Shown here: in pieces, positions 59,718 through 64,000 of the stretch | How positions within the stretch are numbered: the stretch's first letter is position 1 | Layout: each line of letters opens with the position of its first letter | Position numbers and translations under genes: made by a program | Assembly (NCBI GenBank): GCA_027021445.1 | Contig: JALUUH010000235.1 | Span: 7,646-71,645, forward strand | Length of the DNA stretch: 64,000 bases | From: Gammaproteobacteria bacterium | GTDB taxonomy: Bacteria; Pseudomonadota; Gammaproteobacteria; S012-40 | Direction of reading: 5' to 3' | The notes under the pieces: generated by a model | Told to the model about the DNA's origin: nothing | Seen by the model: only the letters and a program-made list of their open reading frames with translations | Databases searched by the model: none

Positions 59718-59773
59718 TTAACCCTCTAAACTTTACGACTATTAGTTTTACTGTTGAAGTCTATTGATATTCT

Positions 59774-60553
59774 CTATAGCGAGGTTTTTTCTTCTTTGTC
59801 TGGTTTGGTCATGTCGTGAATTCCACATTCTTTCAAGTCGGCTAAGTCGATATCTTTGACTTCGACTCCCAAAGATTTCACCGCTTTAGCTATGTCTTCG
59901 ATTTTTTTGTCCAATCCGTGAATATGGTCCAGCATGCTATTAACGGCATTTACCATGGGATCGGGCATATCTCCTGTTTGTCCATAAGAATCAAAACCCA
60001 TTTTGCGCGCAATTTGCTCCCGTTTTACATCAATTTCTTGCTTCTTCAAAACCATTCGTCCTGGAACGCCTACCACGGTCGTATTTTTAGGTACATCATT
60101 AACAACAACTGAATTTGAGCCAATTCTAGCGCCGTCTGCCAATGTGATGGGGCCTAGTACTTTGGCGCCAGCGCCAACAACGACATTTGACGTTAAAGTA
60201 GGGTGTCGTTTGCCTTCTTTCCAGCTTGTGCCTCCCAGTGTGACACCATGATATAACGTGCAGTCATCTCCTATTTCTGCGGTTTCCCCAATGACTACAC
60301 CCATTCCGTGGTCGATGAAAAAACGCCTACCTATAGTAGCTCCGGGATGAATTTCAATACCGGTTAACCAGCGAGAAATCGCCGAGAAAAACCGCGCAAT
60401 CCATTTGAGATTGGTTTTCCACAGGCGGTTGCTAATACGATGTATTAGTAATGCATGTATTCCAGGGTATGTGGTTAATACCTCAAATGTATTTCTAGCG
60501 GCCGGGTCGCGGTCAAATACGCACTGAATATCTTCTTTAATATGTTTTAGCAT
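59774..60553 (-). CDS. cysE: Serine O-acetyltransferase
   Basis: [26 protein letters not shown] motifs. Confidence 0.97.
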   Translation of the reverse strand: MLKHIKEDIQCVFDRDPAARNTFEVLTTYPGIHALLIHRISNRLWKTNLKWIARFFSAISRWLTGIEIHPGATIGRRFFIDHGMGVVIGETAEIGDDCTLYHGVTLGGTSWKEGKRHPTLTSNVVVGAGAKVLGPITLADGARIGSNSVVVNDVPKNTTVVGVPGRMVLKKQEIDVKREQIARKMGFDSYGQTGDMPDPMVNAVNSMLDHIHGLDKKIEDIAKAVKSLGVEVKDIDLADLKECGIHDMTKPDKEEKTSL

Positions 60554-60555
60554 CG

Positions 60556-61362
60556 TTATTCGTGTCTGCCGTCTGGGTTTTTCTTAATGTGAGCAATTTC
60601 GTCCATTATCAAGTCTTGGTGTTGCTTAAGCCATGCATATTTTCGACCTTGAGCGGCGCTTAATATGCCATGAAGAATGTCTAGTTCGGTATTATCAGGG
60701 CGAGCACGGTTGAAAAAACGGCGTAAACGCTGTTTTAGTTTTATATTGTTTGGTGGCTTGAGGTAGTGTATTTCTTCAAGTGCTTGCTCTAAGTGCTCAT
60801 AAAAAGCATTCATTTTGTCCATATTTACAGTATTGCTTTTGCATGAGTGATCAACCTCGGCCTTTTGCTGTAATCCTAAGCTCATCATCACCTCGTAGGT
60901 GATCACTTGTACTGCAGCAGCGATATTGAGTGAAGAATATTCTGGGTTAGCCGGAATGTGCGCTAAATAATGACATAAACTTAATTCTTCGTTACTCAAT
61001 CCTGAGTTTTCCCGACCAAAAACAATAGCTACTTGGCCTTTTGCGGATTCACGTGTCGCTAATTCCCCGCATTCTCTAGCGTCTAATTGAGGCCAGGATA
61101 TGGTGCGTAAGCGAGCGCTTGCGCCAATGGCCAGGTGGCAGTCCGTTAAGGCTTCACGCAAAGAAGTGCACTGAGTGGCGTGCTGTAGAACCTCGTCAGC
61201 ACCGGATGCTCTGGCGGTGGCTTTGCTGCAAGGGTAGTTTAAAGGATTGACGAGGTAGAGCTTAGAGAGACACATGTTTTTCATCGCTCTAGCGACCGCG
61301 CCTATATTTCCAGGGTGTGAGGTTTCCACGAGTACAATTCGTATATTTTCGTTGTTCATCAT
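60556..61362 (-). CDS. trmJ: tRNA (C32/U32) 2'-O-methyltransferase TrmJ
   Basis: [28 protein letters not shown]; synteny. Confidence 0.93.
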   Translation of the reverse strand: MMNNENIRIVLVETSHPGNIGAVARAMKNMCLSKLYLVNPLNYPCSKATARASGADEVLQHATQCTSLREALTDCHLAIGASARLRTISWPQLDARECGELATRESAKGQVAIVFGRENSGLSNEELSLCHYLAHIPANPEYSSLNIAAAVQVITYEVMMSLGLQQKAEVDHSCKSNTVNMDKMNAFYEHLEQALEEIHYLKPPNNIKLKQRLRRFFNRARPDNTELDILHGILSAAQGRKYAWLKQHQDLIMDEIAHIKKNPDGRHE

Positions 61363-61492
61363 CTACTTTGTTAGTTCATTGATTGCTTTGGTATCGCGTT
61401 ATAAATACAATACGCGCTTTGTCTCAGGCTATGGCTTGGTCGAAAGACGTTAATCCCACCCTTAAATAATCAAAAGCGGAGCTAAATCACTC

Positions 61493-62296
61493 ATGCAGCC
61501 TATGGTTAGTATCGCAGTACGCGCCGCTCGCAGCGCAGGAAATATCATTGTACGCGCTCTTGACCGCGTCGACACATTACAGATTATTGAAAAAAAACAA
61601 AATGATTTTGTGACCGAAGTTGATCAACGTGCAGAGCAAGAGATTATCAAAACATTGCGCAGGGCTTATCCCGATCACGCCATTATAGCGGAAGAAAGTG
61701 GTGAGCAAAATAAGCGCGACAGTGAGTATACGTGGATTATTGATCCACTGGATGGCACCACAAACTTTTTGCATGGATTTCCTCAGTTTGCAGTATCTAT
61801 CGCACTTAGGCATAAGAATAAGACTCAACATGCGGTTGTGTACAACCCCGTTAACGACGAGATGTTTACGGCGTCACGAGGGGAGGGCGCGCAATTAAAT
61901 GAACGACGAATTCGGGTTGCAAAGCGTAAAAGTCTACAAGGCGCTTTATTAGCTACTGGCATTCCTTTCCGCGAAGACCAGGATTTGGATTTATATCTTG
62001 CGACTTTAAAACCGATGATTGAAGGAACTGCGGGTGTTCGGCGGGCAGGCTCTGCAGCTCTAGACTTAGCCTATGTTGCAGCGGGTAGATTTGACGGATT
62101 CTGGGAATTTGGCTTAAATTCTTGGGATATGGCGGCCGGATGTTTGCTGATCGAAGAAGCGGGTGGAGTATTAACAGATTTTGCGGGTGATGATAATTAT
62201 TTGGACTCCGGAAATGTAGTTGCGGGTAATTTAAAAGTCCATGCTGAGATGATGCGGCGGCTGAATGAGATTATACCTACAAACGAAAGGCGATAA
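61493..62296 (+). CDS. suhB: Inositol monophosphatase SuhB
   Basis: WIIDPLDGTTNF, GSAALDL and WDMAAG motifs. Confidence 0.96.
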   Translation: MQPMVSIAVRAARSAGNIIVRALDRVDTLQIIEKKQNDFVTEVDQRAEQEIIKTLRRAYPDHAIIAEESGEQNKRDSEYTWIIDPLDGTTNFLHGFPQFAVSIALRHKNKTQHAVVYNPVNDEMFTASRGEGAQLNERRIRVAKRKSLQGALLATGIPFREDQDLDLYLATLKPMIEGTAGVRRAGSAALDLAYVAAGRFDGFWEFGLNSWDMAAGCLLIEEAGGVLTDFAGDDNYLDSGNVVAGNLKVHAEMMRRLNEIIPTNERR

Positions 62297-62348
62297 TTTT
62301 TAGTCGGTAAAGTCTTAATATTAAAGCGAATACTAATCAAACAAACGA

Positions 62349-63158
62349 ATGTTGAAACGTCTAATTAATGCCAAAGAGTTAATAGCTATTAGAGCGGATA
62401 AAAATGTTGTTGTTGTCGATTTATCTAGCAGAAAGGGGTATTTAATCGGGCATGTGCCGGGCGCTCGTTATGTGTCTTACGCGGATATCGTTCGCTCTGA
62501 TGGATTAGTGGAGGGTCTTTTGCCCACAGCTTCATCTTTTAGCGTAACGCTTTCAAGGCTTGGGATTCGGCCAGAATCCGCGATCATTGCTTATGATGAC
62601 GTGGGTGGAACGAATGCCGCTCGATTTCTTTGGACCTTGGAATCCGCGAACCACCTGAGTGTTGCTTTATTGGATGGTGGGATAGCCGCGTGGAAAGCAC
62701 AAGAATTTCCACTTGAGGAGGTAGAAGGATCCTGGTTGCCGTCTGGTTATGCGGTTCGGTTCAACGAATCAAGGTCAGCAAACTCAGACTATATTCTGCA
62801 AAGGCTTGATGATGAAGGAGTGGTTTTACTTGATGTGCGTAGCCGCGCAGAGTATGAAGGAAAAGATATTCGTTCTCTTTATGGAGGGCATATTCCACAT
62901 GCTGTTCATTTTGAATGGACAGCAGGTTTAAACGATGACAATAATTTATGTATGCGAAAAAAGCATGATTTGTTGGAAGAGCTTTCTCAGCTTGGTGTTA
63001 CTCCAGATAAAGAAGTGATTGTTTATTGTCAGTCTCACCGCCGTTCTGCATACGCGTATTACATGCTTCGAGTATTGGGCTTTGCCCAGGTTAAAGGCTA
63101 TCCGGGTGCATGGTCAGACTGGGGTAATCGCCAAGAGCTACCGAAAGCAATGGTGTGA
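62349..63158 (+). CDS. Tandem-rhodanese sulfurtransferase (SseA-like)
   Basis: GHVPGA, LDGG, GHIP, active site YCQSHRR, Y.GAWSDWG. Confidence 0.92.
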   Translation: MLKRLINAKELIAIRADKNVVVVDLSSRKGYLIGHVPGARYVSYADIVRSDGLVEGLLPTASSFSVTLSRLGIRPESAIIAYDDVGGTNAARFLWTLESANHLSVALLDGGIAAWKAQEFPLEEVEGSWLPSGYAVRFNESRSANSDYILQRLDDEGVVLLDVRSRAEYEGKDIRSLYGGHIPHAVHFEWTAGLNDDNNLCMRKKHDLLEELSQLGVTPDKEVIVYCQSHRRSAYAYYMLRVLGFAQVKGYPGAWSDWGNRQELPKAMV

Positions 63159-63169
63159 TTTATAACTTT

Positions 63170-63190
63170 CTAAGTCGGACAAGCTCCTAA
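63170..63190 (-). repeat. Single arm of the CTAG MITE family
   Basis: Reverse complement TTAGGAGCTTGTCCGACTTAG. Confidence 0.5.
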
Positions 63191-63250
63191 CTGGTATAGA
63201 TTGGCATCATTACAAAAGTATCAACCCGTTTCCCAAGGAACTCATCTCTA

Positions 63251-64000
63251 GTGTCAGAAGAAGTCAGCAAAGTCCGCCCTAAAAAAACCACCAGTCAACA
63301 TACTCCGATGATGCAGCAATATTTGCGTATTAAGGCGGAGCATCCCAATGTATTGTTGTTTTATCGCATGGGTGATTTTTATGAGTTATTTCATGATGAC
63401 GCGAAGAAAGCAGCTCGCTTACTCGATATTACCTTAACCAAGCGCGGTACTTCGAACGGCCAGCCTATTCCTATGGCCGGCATTCCTCATCATAGCGCTG
63501 AGAGTTATCTGGCAAAACTGGTACGTTTAGGTGAGTCTGTTGCGATTTGTGAGCAAGTGGGTGACCCCGCTACTTCCAAAGGGCCTGTTGAAAGACAAGT
63601 GGTGCGTATTGTTACCCCTGGAACGGTCACCGATGAGCGTTTATTAGAGGAGCGTCGAGATAACTTATTAGCGGCATTGCATTTTGCCAATGATCTTTTT
63701 GCATTGGCTTGGTTGGATATGTCTAGTGGGCGATTCAGCATAATGGAGCTTGATGGAGAAGATGCTTTTTTGGCTGAGATCGAGCGTTTACAACCGGCTG
63801 AGTTATTGGTCAATGAATCTATTACGTTGCTTGAGCAATCCAGTTTACTTAAGCGTAATGGCGTGAGCAGACATGCGCCTTGGTTATTTGATCATGAAAG
63901 CGCATTCAGGTTACTGACTACGCAGTTTGGAACCAAAGATTTAACGGGGTTTGGTTGTGGGCAGATGAGTGTTGGTTTAGGTGCAGCCGGTGCATTATTG
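63251..64000 (+). CDS. mutS: DNA mismatch repair protein MutS (partial, runs off the window; absent from the ORF track)
   Basis: Translated by hand: HTPMMQQY...[30 protein letters not shown]; GTG start after AAGGA. Confidence 0.97.
   Translation, partial: MSEEVSKVRPKKTTSQHTPMMQQYLRIKAEHPNVLLFYRMGDFYELFHDDAKKAARLLDITLTKRGTSNGQPIPMAGIPHHSAESYLAKLVRLGESVAICEQVGDPATSKGPVERQVVRIVTPGTVTDERLLEERRDNLLAALHFANDLFALAWLDMSSGRFSIMELDGEDAFLAEIERLQPAELLVNESITLLEQSSLLKRNGVSRHAPWLFDHESAFRLLTTQFGTKDLTGFGCGQMSVGLGAAGALL

Noticed and set aside
766-62931. Numerous short antisense or alternate-frame ORFs in the track
   Set aside because: Nested in well-supported genes with no motifs or RBS
63505-63813. 102-aa minus-strand ORF
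   Set aside because: Antisense shadow of mutS
1-64000. CRISPR array, tRNA, rRNA, integrase or transposase
   Set aside because: No regularly spaced repeats, cloverleafs or recombinase motifs recognised by eye; the CTAG repeats are dispersed, not arrayed

Overview
A roughly 40% GC chromosomal window from a gammaproteobacterium. The right third is the conserved core block mutS (partial) / sulfurtransferase / suhB / trmJ-cysE-iscR-desulfurase-iscS-iscA-hscB-hscA-fdx-iscX ... ndk-rlmN-pilW-rodZ-hisS-yfgM-bamB-der. It lacks iscU and ispG at their usual positions, and a three-gene outer-membrane island (Cyc2-like cytochrome-porin, SPOR-barrel fusion, large beta-helix lipoprotein) sits between iscX and ndk. 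The left two thirds are accessory: a gamma-glutamylation amine-catabolism cluster, class I fumarase, an Omp85 protein, a large S8 protease, DoxX/LysR, a GST/DEAD-helicase deletion junction, an AlkD-like repair gene with a WYL-type operator, an orphan flagellin, an LpoB/COG3014/LPP20 lipoprotein cluster, and a tightly coupled MBL-hydrolase/GT2/nucleosidase/SPL-like radical SAM/SDR operon. The best novelty candidates are that radical SAM operon, an internal TM-hairpin plus lipobox splitting the C-terminal Fn3-like domain of the protease, a candidate anti-SD-loop sRNA at 5.55-5.64 kb, the Cyc2-like island and a dispersed CTAG-flanked MITE family. I recognised no rRNA, tRNA, CRISPR array or intact transposase. 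All family calls come from motif recognition by eye, with no database searches.
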